Of a stretch of 64,000 nt of DNA, positions 45,035-54,971 are shown piece by piece. Source of the stretch: an uncultured Methanomassiliicoccales archaeon (GTDB lineage: Archaea; Thermoplasmatota; Thermoplasmata; Methanomassiliicoccales; Methanomethylophilaceae). Below the pieces are notes generated by a model. It was not told where the DNA came from, ran no database searches, and saw only the letters and a list, made by a program, of their open reading frames with translations. Location of the stretch: the NCBI GenBank assembly GCA_964550065.1, contig CAZJWD010000003.1:93403-157402 (forward strand), in the 5' to 3' direction. Numbering within the stretch: position 1 is the stretch's first letter; each line of letters opens with the position of its first letter. Made by a program: the position numbers and the translations under genes.

Positions 45035-46531
45035 TCATCCTATGAACCCGACGGAATCGAGCATCTCGATCATCTTGGACCCCTTCACCCAGACATATTG
45101 CCGGTACATACGGACACCACAAAGTTCGACTGGTTTCCTTGTGGAATCGCTACCGCTGCCCCTGATGAACACATCATGGTCTACTGACTTCGGAAAGTTC
45201 GGGGAGGTCGTCGGAACCCCGGTCCTGTTGACCCTGGGGGCTCCGGTCCTGGAGATCACTGCCTCGTCCCGGAGGCCTCCGCTCCACACGAGTTGCCTAA
45301 CCTCGTTCCACGTGCGTCTGACGTCGTCGTACACGAATCCCTCAGGGAACATGAACCGTTTGAAACCTATGAAGACGTTGTCACGGAACCTCTTGTTACG
45401 GTCCGCCTCTTGGAACACGATGCAGATGAACCTACGACCCATGAAATACTGGAACACCGCCGAATCCTCGAAGGCCCTGTCAGGGTCTAAGAACTCGGTG
45501 AAATCCACAGGCATCATCTTTGTGTCTTCGGTGTGACCGCCCTTCGATGTCATGCACACTGTCTTGACGGCCAGGTCCATGACTCTGAACAGACCTATCT
45601 CAGACATCTTCCTGGCCTCACCTCCGAACATCCTGACGACTATGGACTCCCCTATCGACTTCGACATCCTGTCACGGTCCGGAACATCCAGTCCGAACTC
45701 GTCGATGAGCTGGTCCACAGTGTATCCAGAATACCTCCTGGTGATCTCCGTGCACCTACGGTCCATCTCGTCGAACTCCAACACTCCGTCCATCGTCATC
45801 TGGGATTCGTTCAACACCCTTCCATCGAAATACGCCTTGACAATCTCCGAGACCACGCTACGCCTCAGTCTGAACCTCGGGTTGTTCGGCCATTTCGGTG
45901 CCGTCTCGATCATCATCAGACGGTCCCTCAGCTCACTGGACAACCTTGGATACCCATCCTCCGGATGTTCATAGTCCCGTTTGATTGTGCGGATGAAATC
46001 CCTGATAAGCGTCCAATCCTTCTTGAGCATCCCCACGACATATTGGTCGAACCTATGCAGCTGATACCCGCACACGGGGAATCTGGCATACCCCGGTGCC
46101 GGAACGGTCTCCTGGGAGTTGTAATGGTAATACACCAGGAGCATCTGCTCAACCTTATGCCAGAAATTCGACGATTCAAACTCTTCCTCAACGATGGAAT
46201 CCACAGAGACCGCGGTGATGGTCATCGGTTCCTTGGCATCGTAACCTTTACCTGACGACCAGGACAGTCCCGTGACCTTGACCTCGGTCGGAACACCATC
46301 GACGACTATGTCCGGACTCTGACCAGGATTAGGCCGATATCCCAGGACCGATTGTTCGATGACATCCCCTGCTATCCCTGTGACCTTGACCTTGCCCGCA
46401 TTCCGCTCGAAAACCCCTGCCGTATCGATGTCGCCGAGCTTCCGACCAAGAATCCCATCCATCAACGATATGAGTTCGTCTGATGTGAACTCGAAACCCG
46501 ATGCGGAATGCTGCGAATCCACAGGCACCAT
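45035..46531 (-). CDS. Second Sau3AI/MutH-like endonuclease paralogue
   Basis: ILGRKLGDID...KVTGIAGDVIEQSVLGY...SPDIVVDGVPTEVKVTG...KEPMTITAV. 498 aa. Lies 7 nt upstream of vsr on the same strand. Confidence 0.6.
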   Translation of the reverse strand: MVPVDSQHSASGFEFTSDELISLMDGILGRKLGDIDTAGVFERNAGKVKVTGIAGDVIEQSVLGYRPNPGQSPDIVVDGVPTEVKVTGLSWSSGKGYDAKEPMTITAVSVDSIVEEEFESSNFWHKVEQMLLVYYHYNSQETVPAPGYARFPVCGYQLHRFDQYVVGMLKKDWTLIRDFIRTIKRDYEHPEDGYPRLSSELRDRLMMIETAPKWPNNPRFRLRRSVVSEIVKAYFDGRVLNESQMTMDGVLEFDEMDRRCTEITRRYSGYTVDQLIDEFGLDVPDRDRMSKSIGESIVVRMFGGEARKMSEIGLFRVMDLAVKTVCMTSKGGHTEDTKMMPVDFTEFLDPDRAFEDSAVFQYFMGRRFICIVFQEADRNKRFRDNVFIGFKRFMFPEGFVYDDVRRTWNEVRQLVWSGGLRDEAVISRTGAPRVNRTGVPTTSPNFPKSVDHDVFIRGSGSDSTRKPVELCGVRMYRQYVWVKGSKMIEMLDSVGFIG

Positions 46532-46585
46532 ACCAACCGATACCGAGTCGCACCCACATATTGGTTTCCACGGATTTGACTTGGT

Positions 46586-47344
46586 TCAGCACCTGTTCGT
46601 CCTGATCATCCACCTGCAGGCCAGGAAGAACACCACCAGATAGACCCCCAGGATCAGCACCGAGTCCCACGGCACCGCCGAATCCAGCATAACGCACCTC
46701 ATCAGCTCGCTCACGTGGGTCAGCGGGAGACAGTAGATCACCGCCGCGGCCGCATCCGGCAGCGCGGACACATCGAACAGCGTCCCGCACAGGAACGTCA
46801 TCGGCACGATGACGACGCTGGAGAACAGCGACAGTTTCTGGGTTTTGTTTGTAAGCATCCCCGCCAGCAGCCCGAACATGGAGAACATCAGCCCCGCTGC
46901 CAGGACGATCACCGGCACCCACAGCGAGACCGTCACGTCCGAGGATATCAGGTGGCCCACCAGCATGATCACGGTGCAGCTCAGCAGCGCTCTGATCACG
47001 CCCTGAAGCGTCTTCCCCAGGATGATGGATGACACGTGCACCGGACACAGCAGCAGCTCGTCGAAGCTCATGTAGAACAGCCTCTGCACCAGAACCTTCA
47101 TGGACACCGTGCTGAACGTCGCCGACAGCGTCGTCAGTGCGATTATACCCGGAATGATGAACGCCAGATAGCTGTCCGAGCCCTGGGACATGCTTCCTCC
47201 GAGACCGAACCCGAAGGCCAGGAGGTACAGCATCGGGCCGATAAGGCTCGTGGCCAGGACCTCCGGCAGATTCTCTTTGATGTACACCAGGTCGCCCCAG
47301 GCGACCCTGTACGCCTCATCCAGGATCGACAGGGGATTGCTCAT
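46586..47344 (-). CDS. ABC-2 type transporter permease
   Basis: Six-TM ABC-2 pattern, ...FIIPGIIALTTLSATFS... Overlaps the cognate ATPase stop. Confidence 0.8.
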   Translation of the reverse strand: MSNPLSILDEAYRVAWGDLVYIKENLPEVLATSLIGPMLYLLAFGFGLGGSMSQGSDSYLAFIIPGIIALTTLSATFSTVSMKVLVQRLFYMSFDELLLCPVHVSSIILGKTLQGVIRALLSCTVIMLVGHLISSDVTVSLWVPVIVLAAGLMFSMFGLLAGMLTNKTQKLSLFSSVVIVPMTFLCGTLFDVSALPDAAAAVIYCLPLTHVSELMRCVMLDSAVPWDSVLILGVYLVVFFLACRWMIRTNRC

Positions 47345-48207
47345 GCGAACCGCCCCCTGGTCCCGTCGGTCATCGTCAGGTACACATCCTCCAGGGTGGT
47401 CCTGCGCAGGTTGTAGAACCCCTCCGGCAGGGACTGGGCGAAGGCCTTCGCCTCATCCCTTGTGGGGAAGTAGGACGTGGTGGTCTTCCCGGACTCGTCG
47501 ACCATGTCGACGGCTATGCGTCCGATGCCGTCCCTCAGCTCGTCCGGGGTCCCGAGGGCCACGATCCTCCCGCGCTCCATCATGCCCACGCGGTCGCAGA
47601 GGGCCTCGGCCTCCTCGATGTAGTGGGTTGTCAGGAATATGGTAGTCCCGCGGGCGTTCAGCGCCCTCACCAGCTCCCACAGTGTGTGACGGGACCTGGT
47701 GTCCAGGCCTGCCGTGGGCTCGTCCAGGAACAGCACCTTGGGACGGTGGACTATGGCGCAGACTATCGCAGCCTTCCTCTTCCATCCTCCGGACAGGTCC
47801 TGTACCTTGCGGTCCATGTACTCGTCCAGCCCCAGAAGGTCGGCCGCCTCCCCCATCCTGCCCTCGATCTCCTGCTTTGGGATCTTGTGTAGCATCGCAT
47901 GCTGCTTTATATTCTGCCTGACGGTGAGGTCCTTGTCCAAGCTGATGTGCTGCTGCGCTATGCCGATGAGCTTCCTGGCCTCCAGGAATCCCGTGGAGAT
48001 GTCCGTCCCGCCTATGGAGACCCTCCCCGATGTGGGGCGCTGGATGGTGGTTATGGTACGGATGGTCGTGGTCTTCCCTGCGCCGTTGGGCCCCAGGAAG
48101 CCGAATATCTCCCCCTGGCGGACGCCGAAGGATATGCCGTCCACTGCGGTGAAACTGCCGAACTTCACGGTGAGGTCGGAGACCTCGACGATGAGGGATG
48201 GGTCCAC
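47341..48207 (-). CDS. ABC transporter ATP-binding protein (ABC-2/DrrA-like)
   Basis: Walker A GPNGAGKTTT, signature LSGGWKRK, Walker B LFLDEPTAGLD. Confidence 0.9.
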   Translation of the reverse strand: MDPSLIVEVSDLTVKFGSFTAVDGISFGVRQGEIFGFLGPNGAGKTTTIRTITTIQRPTSGRVSIGGTDISTGFLEARKLIGIAQQHISLDKDLTVRQNIKQHAMLHKIPKQEIEGRMGEAADLLGLDEYMDRKVQDLSGGWKRKAAIVCAIVHRPKVLFLDEPTAGLDTRSRHTLWELVRALNARGTTIFLTTHYIEEAEALCDRVGMMERGRIVALGTPDELRDGIGRIAVDMVDESGKTTTSYFPTRDEAKAFAQSLPEGFYNLRRTTLEDVYLTMTDGTRGRFA

Positions 48208-48326
48208 GGGATCACCCCTTCAGAAAGCGCCCCGGGGCGCAGAACCGGTTTATTCCTATACGGAGCATGATCTTTATCGGCGGTCGATGGGAAGGTCAGG
48301 ATATATAATTGGCGAATACTGCCAGC

Positions 48327-49073
48327 TCATCCTCTGCCCCTGACCATCAGGTGCCTGGAGACCAGGAAGAACACCGATGCATAGGCCAAGATTATGATCA
48401 ACGAGATCCACGGGAACTCGGTTCCGAGGACCGCAGACCTGATGCACTCGGTGGTGTGGGTCAGCGGCAGAAGGGAGATCCCCGCGCTGACGATGTCCGG
48501 CATGGAGTCCAGAGAGAATATTGTGCCGCACATGAACGTCATCGGCAATATTACCAAGCTGTTGAACAGGTTCAGCGTCAGATGGGAGTTTGCCAGCATT
48601 CCCGATACGACTCCCAGCAGGCCGTACATCAGACAGGAGAAGACGACGATCAGCACCGCCGGGACGGTCAGGTGCATGTCGTCGCTCAGCATCATCCCCA
48701 TGGCGTAGAGGACGGTGCAGCTGATCAGTCCGCGGACCATGCCCGCGTAGGCCTTCCCCAGGATTATCGCGGAAGGCGACATGGAGCACAGGAACAGCTC
48801 GTCGAAGCTCTGGTAGTAGTTGCGTTGGAGCATCACCTTGGTGGCCACGGTGCTGAAGCATGCGGTCAGCGTGGTCAGGGCTATGACTCCCGGGATCATG
48901 AACGAGATGTAGTCGAACCCCTCGGTGGTCAGCCCCTTGCCGAGCCCGTAACCGAAGGCCACCAGGTACAGCAGCGGCGCCACCAGGGATGTGACCAGCA
49001 CCGTTACGATGTTGCGCCTGATGAAGCACAGGTCGATCCATGCTATCCTGAACGAGTCCGCTAAGAAAGTCAT
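48327..49073 (-). CDS. ABC-2 type transporter permease (paralogue of 46586..47344)
   Basis: ...FMIPGVIALTTLTACFS... Internal ATG at 49073; the upstream ORF extension overlaps the ATPase gene out of frame. Confidence 0.8.
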   Translation of the reverse strand: MTFLADSFRIAWIDLCFIRRNIVTVLVTSLVAPLLYLVAFGYGLGKGLTTEGFDYISFMIPGVIALTTLTACFSTVATKVMLQRNYYQSFDELFLCSMSPSAIILGKAYAGMVRGLISCTVLYAMGMMLSDDMHLTVPAVLIVVFSCLMYGLLGVVSGMLANSHLTLNLFNSLVILPMTFMCGTIFSLDSMPDIVSAGISLLPLTHTTECIRSAVLGTEFPWISLIIILAYASVFFLVSRHLMVRGRG

Positions 49074-49951
49074 ATCCTGTACCTCACCTCCTCCATGGCC
49101 TTGGTGTCCCTTCCGGTGAGCTCCAGGAACACGTCCTCCAGGTTCGTGGGCCTTATCATGGCGCCGGACTCCCTCGGGAGCCCGTTGCGGTGGGATTCCG
49201 CCTCCTCCCAGTCGGAGAAGTAGCGGTACTCCTTGACACCGTCCGATGTGTGCTCCACGGCCCACTCGCCGATGGAGCCGCAGAGCTCCCTCGGGGTGCC
49301 GGACCTTATTATCCTGCCGTGGTCGATGATGGCGACCCTGTCGCACAGGGCCTCCGCCTCGTCCATGTAGTGGGTCGTGACGAATATGGTCTTCCCGGAT
49401 GCGTTGAGGCCGCGGATGAGGTTCCACAGCATGTGCCTGGACTGCGTGTCCAGGCCGGCGGTCGGCTCGTCCAGGAAGATGATGTCCGGGTCGTGTACCA
49501 TGGCGCAGACGATGGCCACCCTGCGCTTCCATCCCCCGGAGAGGTTGATGACCGTCTTGTCCATGTAGGGCTCCAGGCCCATGAGCTCCACCAGGGAGTC
49601 TATGCGCCGCCTGGCTATGTCCTTGGGGATGCGGTGGAGTATGGCATGGTACCTTATGTTCTCGGCCACGGAGACGTCCCTGTCCAGGGCGATGTGCTGC
49701 TGCACTATGCCGATGTGCTCCTTGACCCTGTCCGACAGCCCGTTTATCCTGCTTCCGTCGATCTCCACGGTGCCCTCGGTGAGCGGGGTGAGCATGGTGA
49801 CCATGCGGATGGTCGTGGTCTTCCCGGCCCCGTTGGGCCCCAGGAATCCGAAGATCTCCCCGCGGCGGATGTCCAGGTCGATCCCGTCTACCGCGGTGAG
49901 GTCCCCGAACCTCTTCACCAATCCCCTGGCCCTGACCGCTGTGTCCGTCAT
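49070..49951 (-). CDS. ABC transporter ATP-binding protein (paralogue of 47341..48207)
   Basis: GPNGAGKTTT, LSGGWKRR, IFLDEPTAGLD. The ATG at 49951 forms an ATGA overlap with the cobN stop. Confidence 0.9.
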   Translation of the reverse strand: MTDTAVRARGLVKRFGDLTAVDGIDLDIRRGEIFGFLGPNGAGKTTTIRMVTMLTPLTEGTVEIDGSRINGLSDRVKEHIGIVQQHIALDRDVSVAENIRYHAILHRIPKDIARRRIDSLVELMGLEPYMDKTVINLSGGWKRRVAIVCAMVHDPDIIFLDEPTAGLDTQSRHMLWNLIRGLNASGKTIFVTTHYMDEAEALCDRVAIIDHGRIIRSGTPRELCGSIGEWAVEHTSDGVKEYRYFSDWEEAESHRNGLPRESGAMIRPTNLEDVFLELTGRDTKAMEEVRYRI

Positions 49952-52900
49952 TGCTGCCCCTCCAACCCTGATTCCAGTTCCAGATATAACTCCTCCAGCT
50001 GCCTGCGGGTCTCCGGGTCGGGGGACCACATGCCCCTGCCTATGGCCTGGAGCAGCCATTCCGCCGTGTCGTGCATCGCATGCGGGTTGGCATCCCTGAA
50101 CCATTCCGCGTTCTCCTCGTCGAACAGGAACCGCTCGGCGATGGACTGATACATCCACGGGTCGATGATGTCCGATGTCGCATCCCAGGCGAACACGTAC
50201 TCGGCCATGGCGGAGATCTCCGCCGCGCCCCTGAACCCGTGCTCCTTCAGGCCGTCCAGCCACTTGGGGTTCATGATCTTGCTGCGGAACACGAACCTAC
50301 TCTCCTCGTCGACGGTCCTGGTGCGGAGGTTGGACGTGTCCGCGGAGCAGCCTATCACGGACATGGGCATCTCGCCCCTCACGGACCTGACGGCGGCGTT
50401 GAACCCGCCCAGGTCGTTGTAGACGTCGTCGTTGTCCAGCATGTCGTACTCCCTGCTGACGCTGTTCTTGACGGTGACGTCCATCCTGCCCAGGTTCCTG
50501 CGGAACGCCTCCGGCCTGCACTCCCCCTTCCGGCCCATGCCGTACGCGTACTGACCGTAGCTCCTGTAGATGTCCCCTATGTCGGAGACCTCCTTCCAGT
50601 CCCCTGTCCTGATCAGTATGTTGGTGCCGGACCCGTAGGTTCCGGGTGCGTCGCCGAAGATGCGTATGAGCGCATCCTCCCGGGCACGGTCCTCGGGGAT
50701 GCCGTCGCGGATCGCGTCGACCACGTCCGCACGGACATGCGCCCTTATGCGGTTCGCCGCATCGTCCTCGTCCAGCTCCGCCACGGTGCGGACCCCGCGG
50801 TCGATGAACTCGACCAGATTGGGGAATGTGTCGCGGAACAGACCGCTGATCCTCAGTGCGACATCCACCCTGGGCCTCCCGAGCTCCTCCAGAGGTATCA
50901 CCTCCAGGTCGACGACCCTCCCTCCGAAACCCGCCCAGACCGGACGGAGGCCCATCAGCCACAGGACGTAGGCGATGTCGTCGCCCCCTGTCTTCATGGT
51001 GTCCGTCGCCCATATGACGATCCCGACAGTGTCAGGGTACGCCCCGTGCTCCGACAGGTAGCGTTCGAGCATCTGGTCCGCCATCCTCCTGCCGATGTCC
51101 CAGCTGGATCTCCAGGGGACCGCGTCCGGATCGATAGAGTAGAAGTTCCTGCCGGTCGGGAGGAGCTGTGCCCTCCCCCTGGTGGGGCATCCCGCAGGAC
51201 CGGGTTCGATGTAACGGCCTTTCAGGGCATCGATCACCGAATCCGTCTCTTTGCCCATGGCCTTGAGATTCGGAACCAGGAAATCGCAGACGAAGCGGAC
51301 GCATGATTCCAGATCCCCGTCATCGGCCGGGTACATACTCTTCGCCGACGCGACGCATGCGCCTGTATCGAAACCCGTCTCGGCCATTAGATGTATCAGA
51401 TCCTCATCACGGACCTCCACGTCCTCGAGCACATCCCCTCTCAGCCTTCCGCTGACCGGATCGATGGATGATGGATTGTCCTGAAGCTCCGCCAGGTCAT
51501 ACCCCAACGCCCGGGCGATCGATGTTCTCATCGATGGCACGTCACCGTTGTCCAAACGTGTAAGGCTGTAGATGTCCTCTTCCAGCCTTCTCCCCTCAGG
51601 AACCTTGCCCAATACATGGAGTCCGTCCTTGATCAGGTTCTCCTTCAACTCGATGACGTAATCGTAAAGGTCGTCGACCGCCTCATCGAACTCCTCGTCC
51701 GAACACTCCAGAGGCAGCTTCATGTCGTTGTACACCTCCATGTCCGCGACGATCCCCCTCAGGCTCTCACGGATAACCGAAAGCCCCTCGGAATTGGCCT
51801 GGTTCCGGGCGGCCATGAAGGTCTGGATCGCCCCCTCCAGTTCCAACAGCTCGTCGTAACCTCCCGCGCGGACCATCGTCGGGATCATGTGGTCAACGAT
51901 CACCGCCGTTCCACGTCTCTTTGCCTGGATCCCCTCTCCGGGATTCCCGATAACATAGGGGTAGATGTCGGGCAGGGAATCCAAGACATAATCCGGACAG
52001 CAGTCGCCCGAGAGGGCCACCGATTTTCCGGGTAGCCACTCCAAAGTCCCATGGGTACCCATGTGGACCACGGCATCGGCCTTGAAGACGTTTCCAAGCC
52101 ACCGGTAGTATGCGATGTACTGATGCGGCATCACCGTGTCGGGGTCGTGGTAGTTGGCCTGCTTGTCTCTGCCCCTGTCGGGTTGGAATCCCACCAGCAC
52201 GTTACCGAACACGGCTCCGGGGATTGCGATCCTGCCTTTGCACACATGCACGTCCCCCGGCGGGGCACCCCATCCCTCTTCCACCTTTCCACGGGCATCA
52301 TCCGACAGGGCGGAGTACCATGAGAGGTACTCATCCGAATCCACCATGTCCAGTGCCCTAGCCTCCAGGTCCTCGTCCTGCACCCAATCGATGTCGTTTG
52401 TGAGACCGGATATGAGTATGTCCGCCAACTCTGCGGAGGACTCTGGTATCGAATCGCCGACATCGTACCCTTCATCCCTCATCCTGTGAAGGAGATCGAC
52501 GGTACTCTGAAGCGTGTCCAGTCCCGAAGCCGCACCTGCATTGGCGTTCTTGGGAGGATACATATAGAGGAGGATGGCCACCCTGCGGTCGGGATTGTGC
52601 TTCATCCTCAGGACTGCCCACCTGTAAGCGATATCCGCGATGCGGTCGGCGCGATCACGGATCGAACGGTAATAGCGGGAGCCGTCTGAACTTACCTCCG
52701 TGCTTGACGAAGGCACGGTGATTATCTGCCCGTCGAACTCCGGATGGACTATGTCATATGCAATCTCGGCAGGGGATAGCCCGCTCACCTCCGCCCTCCA
52801 TGTTGCCTCGTCCGACACCAGTGTCATGGCCTGTATGACCGGCACTCCGTAAGACAGGAAGAAGTTGTCATCGGAGACCTGTTCTCCGCACCCGGGTGAT

Positions 52901-53676
52901 GCGATGAGTGTCTGAGAGAAACTCATCGTCTCTATTATCGCATGCAGAAGCGGTTTGCCATCACAAGTCAGGATCTCTCTGAGAATCCTCTTCACACCCA
53001 TAGCACCGGAGATCTTCTCTTCATATGTGTGCAGAAACACGGCTACAGGATTGGCGCCTCTCTCCTCGACAGCCCTGATGAGTCCGTCTATGTTGTCAAG
53101 GTTACCGTTCAGCCACTGCTTCTGATAGAAGAATATCCCTATGTTGGGCTTGGACGGATCGAGATCGGCGAGATAGTCCTCAAACCCTATCTCCCCTCTG
53201 CCCGGGTAGTATATCCCCTGTGCGGGAGGAACCTGTGGCTCATCCACTTCGATGTCCAACCCGTCATATTTCCTCATCGACCAAAGCAGAAGGTTGCGAT
53301 AGTTCTCTCCCCCGAGAGACATGTATGTCAGAGCCAACCTGTAATCCTCGTCGGAACCTTTGAACAGATGCCTGAAATCACGTGTCACCTCATCATCGGT
53401 GCAGATCAGGATTGCGGACAGGCCAGATTCTTCCAGTACCGCTCTGAACCTTGGGAACTTCTTGAAGAATGATGTGTCTCCATGGACGATTATCGTCATG
53501 AACTCTGCTTCGGCAACATCGGCCATGAACTGACGGAAAATGGCCTCTTCACGATCCAAGTCCACGGAGTCGTAACCCCTGTAGGAGAGGCTGAATCCAT
53601 CAGATTCCATATCAGACACGGTTTTGTTTAGGATATAGCTGTCCTTCGTGCATATTGAAAGATGAACGTATTTCAT
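49948..53676 (-). CDS. cobN: CobN/ChlH-family large chelatase subunit
   Basis: 1242 aa. HMGTHGTLEWLPGK, AKRRGTAVIVDH, PTRGRAQLLPTGRNFYSIDP, MNPKWLDGLKEHGFRGAAE. Confidence 0.9.
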   Translation of the reverse strand: MKYVHLSICTKDSYILNKTVSDMESDGFSLSYRGYDSVDLDREEAIFRQFMADVAEAEFMTIIVHGDTSFFKKFPRFRAVLEESGLSAILICTDDEVTRDFRHLFKGSDEDYRLALTYMSLGGENYRNLLLWSMRKYDGLDIEVDEPQVPPAQGIYYPGRGEIGFEDYLADLDPSKPNIGIFFYQKQWLNGNLDNIDGLIRAVEERGANPVAVFLHTYEEKISGAMGVKRILREILTCDGKPLLHAIIETMSFSQTLIASPGCGEQVSDDNFFLSYGVPVIQAMTLVSDEATWRAEVSGLSPAEIAYDIVHPEFDGQIITVPSSSTEVSSDGSRYYRSIRDRADRIADIAYRWAVLRMKHNPDRRVAILLYMYPPKNANAGAASGLDTLQSTVDLLHRMRDEGYDVGDSIPESSAELADILISGLTNDIDWVQDEDLEARALDMVDSDEYLSWYSALSDDARGKVEEGWGAPPGDVHVCKGRIAIPGAVFGNVLVGFQPDRGRDKQANYHDPDTVMPHQYIAYYRWLGNVFKADAVVHMGTHGTLEWLPGKSVALSGDCCPDYVLDSLPDIYPYVIGNPGEGIQAKRRGTAVIVDHMIPTMVRAGGYDELLELEGAIQTFMAARNQANSEGLSVIRESLRGIVADMEVYNDMKLPLECSDEEFDEAVDDLYDYVIELKENLIKDGLHVLGKVPEGRRLEEDIYSLTRLDNGDVPSMRTSIARALGYDLAELQDNPSSIDPVSGRLRGDVLEDVEVRDEDLIHLMAETGFDTGACVASAKSMYPADDGDLESCVRFVCDFLVPNLKAMGKETDSVIDALKGRYIEPGPAGCPTRGRAQLLPTGRNFYSIDPDAVPWRSSWDIGRRMADQMLERYLSEHGAYPDTVGIVIWATDTMKTGGDDIAYVLWLMGLRPVWAGFGGRVVDLEVIPLEELGRPRVDVALRISGLFRDTFPNLVEFIDRGVRTVAELDEDDAANRIRAHVRADVVDAIRDGIPEDRAREDALIRIFGDAPGTYGSGTNILIRTGDWKEVSDIGDIYRSYGQYAYGMGRKGECRPEAFRRNLGRMDVTVKNSVSREYDMLDNDDVYNDLGGFNAAVRSVRGEMPMSVIGCSADTSNLRTRTVDEESRFVFRSKIMNPKWLDGLKEHGFRGAAEISAMAEYVFAWDATSDIIDPWMYQSIAERFLFDEENAEWFRDANPHAMHDTAEWLLQAIGRGMWSPDPETRRQLEELYLELESGLEGQQ

Positions 53677-53780
53677 GAAACCCGACTCCGTTGGAACTAT
53701 CGTCCAATATCCAGTCTCTGTACCTATATATTGTCGAAGAGTGTGTAAATACTAGTTGGATAATACAACCAATCGAGACA

Positions 53781-54934
53781 ATGAATTCAAAAATCATAGT
53801 CGCAGCAGTAGTAGTCGTCATCATCGTGGCAGCCGCAGGATCTGCCGTATTCCTGATGAATGACGATGAAAAAGATTACGAATACGACCCTGCGAAGGGG
53901 TGGTACTCTTGGGACCCCATTACACTCGAGACCAAGACTGCGTACTTCAGTATCACGCCCCTCCTCACTACCGGTACCGAGCTGATGTACAAATCCATCT
54001 ACGGAGGAGAGCCAAATTATGCGAAATACTCTCTCTCTCTGACATACCCGACGATTTCCTCGCGTATGACAGTCTTGTGAAGAGTGTTGACGAGAACACC
54101 GTTACCATCACCAGCACAATCAGGGAAACCTCCACATCCAGCGGAAAAGTCTCGATCGACACCGTTGTGGACAAATGTCCCGACAACCTTCTGTGCACCG
54201 CAGGATATGCGGCCATACTATACACGCTCCTCGAGATGAAATACGGCAGCCAGACCGCCGAGACAATGCTCTGGGATTACGTCTATGCGCTGGATAGTAG
54301 TGCTTTCCCCGGGAAATCCGCAGACATGTCCGCACTGTATGGACTCGACATTCCCGAAGGTGTCATCTCGGTCAAATCCACATATTACCTTATAGCCAAT
54401 CAGGAGCTTTACACCGAGTACATCGAGGAGGGAACCGCCAACGGAGAGTCCTTTATCATGATGGCTTCAGGTGCTCTCGGAAACAGCTATTCCGAACTCG
54501 GACCGTTCTACGACCTTCTGAAATCCGCAGACGGACCCGCCGCAGCGGTGTTCTACTTCTCCAACAACATCGGAGACGTCCTGGCAGCATTCGAGGCTGT
54601 CGGTGCCATATACGATCTGGCTGATGAGGCCCAGGAATACATCGACAATGCTCGCCTGATATTATACACGATGAACCAGGAATCCAAAGCTCAGAGCAAG
54701 AATTACAGCGTGTATCTTGAGACTAACTCTGGAACATCCTGCGGAAAGGGAACTATAACATCAGATGTCCTTGATCTCCTGGATCTTAGGAATATCAACA
54801 CTGGAGATCAGTGGCCGACACTCTCCGAAGAGGTAATCATCGATGAGACTCCAGACGTCATCATCTTCTACGACACCAACACCAAGAGCTGGGACGAGAG
54901 GATGAGGGTCGGAGTCACATCCTTGACCGCTTGA
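53781..54934 (+). pseudogene. Cluster-A (BtuF/FhuD-like) substrate-binding protein with signal anchor, frame broken at a (CT)6 tract
   Basis: N-terminal anchor MNSKIIVAAVVVVIIVAAAGSAV in frame 0 ends at 54080. The body (…DIPDDFLAYDSL… to 54934) is in frame +2. The two frames meet at 54029-54040. Confidence 0.6.
54029..54040. repeat. (CT)6 dinucleotide repeat at the frame junction of the binding-protein gene
   Basis: actCTCTCTCTCTCTgac. Deleting one CT unit gives the continuous reading ...NYAKYSLSDIPDDFLAY... Confidence 0.9.
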
Positions 54935-54971
54935 AACCATTGGGGGCCCAGCCCCCTTCTTTCGCATATCG

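Larger units (their letters stand above)
32410..46531. other. Mosaic accessory/defence island downstream of tRNA-Gly (no integrase seen)
   Basis: The gene content switches from housekeeping to regulator, adhesin, restriction and modification genes. The central part (about 35.5-41.5 kb) is visibly AT-rich relative to the rest of the window. Confidence 0.6.
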
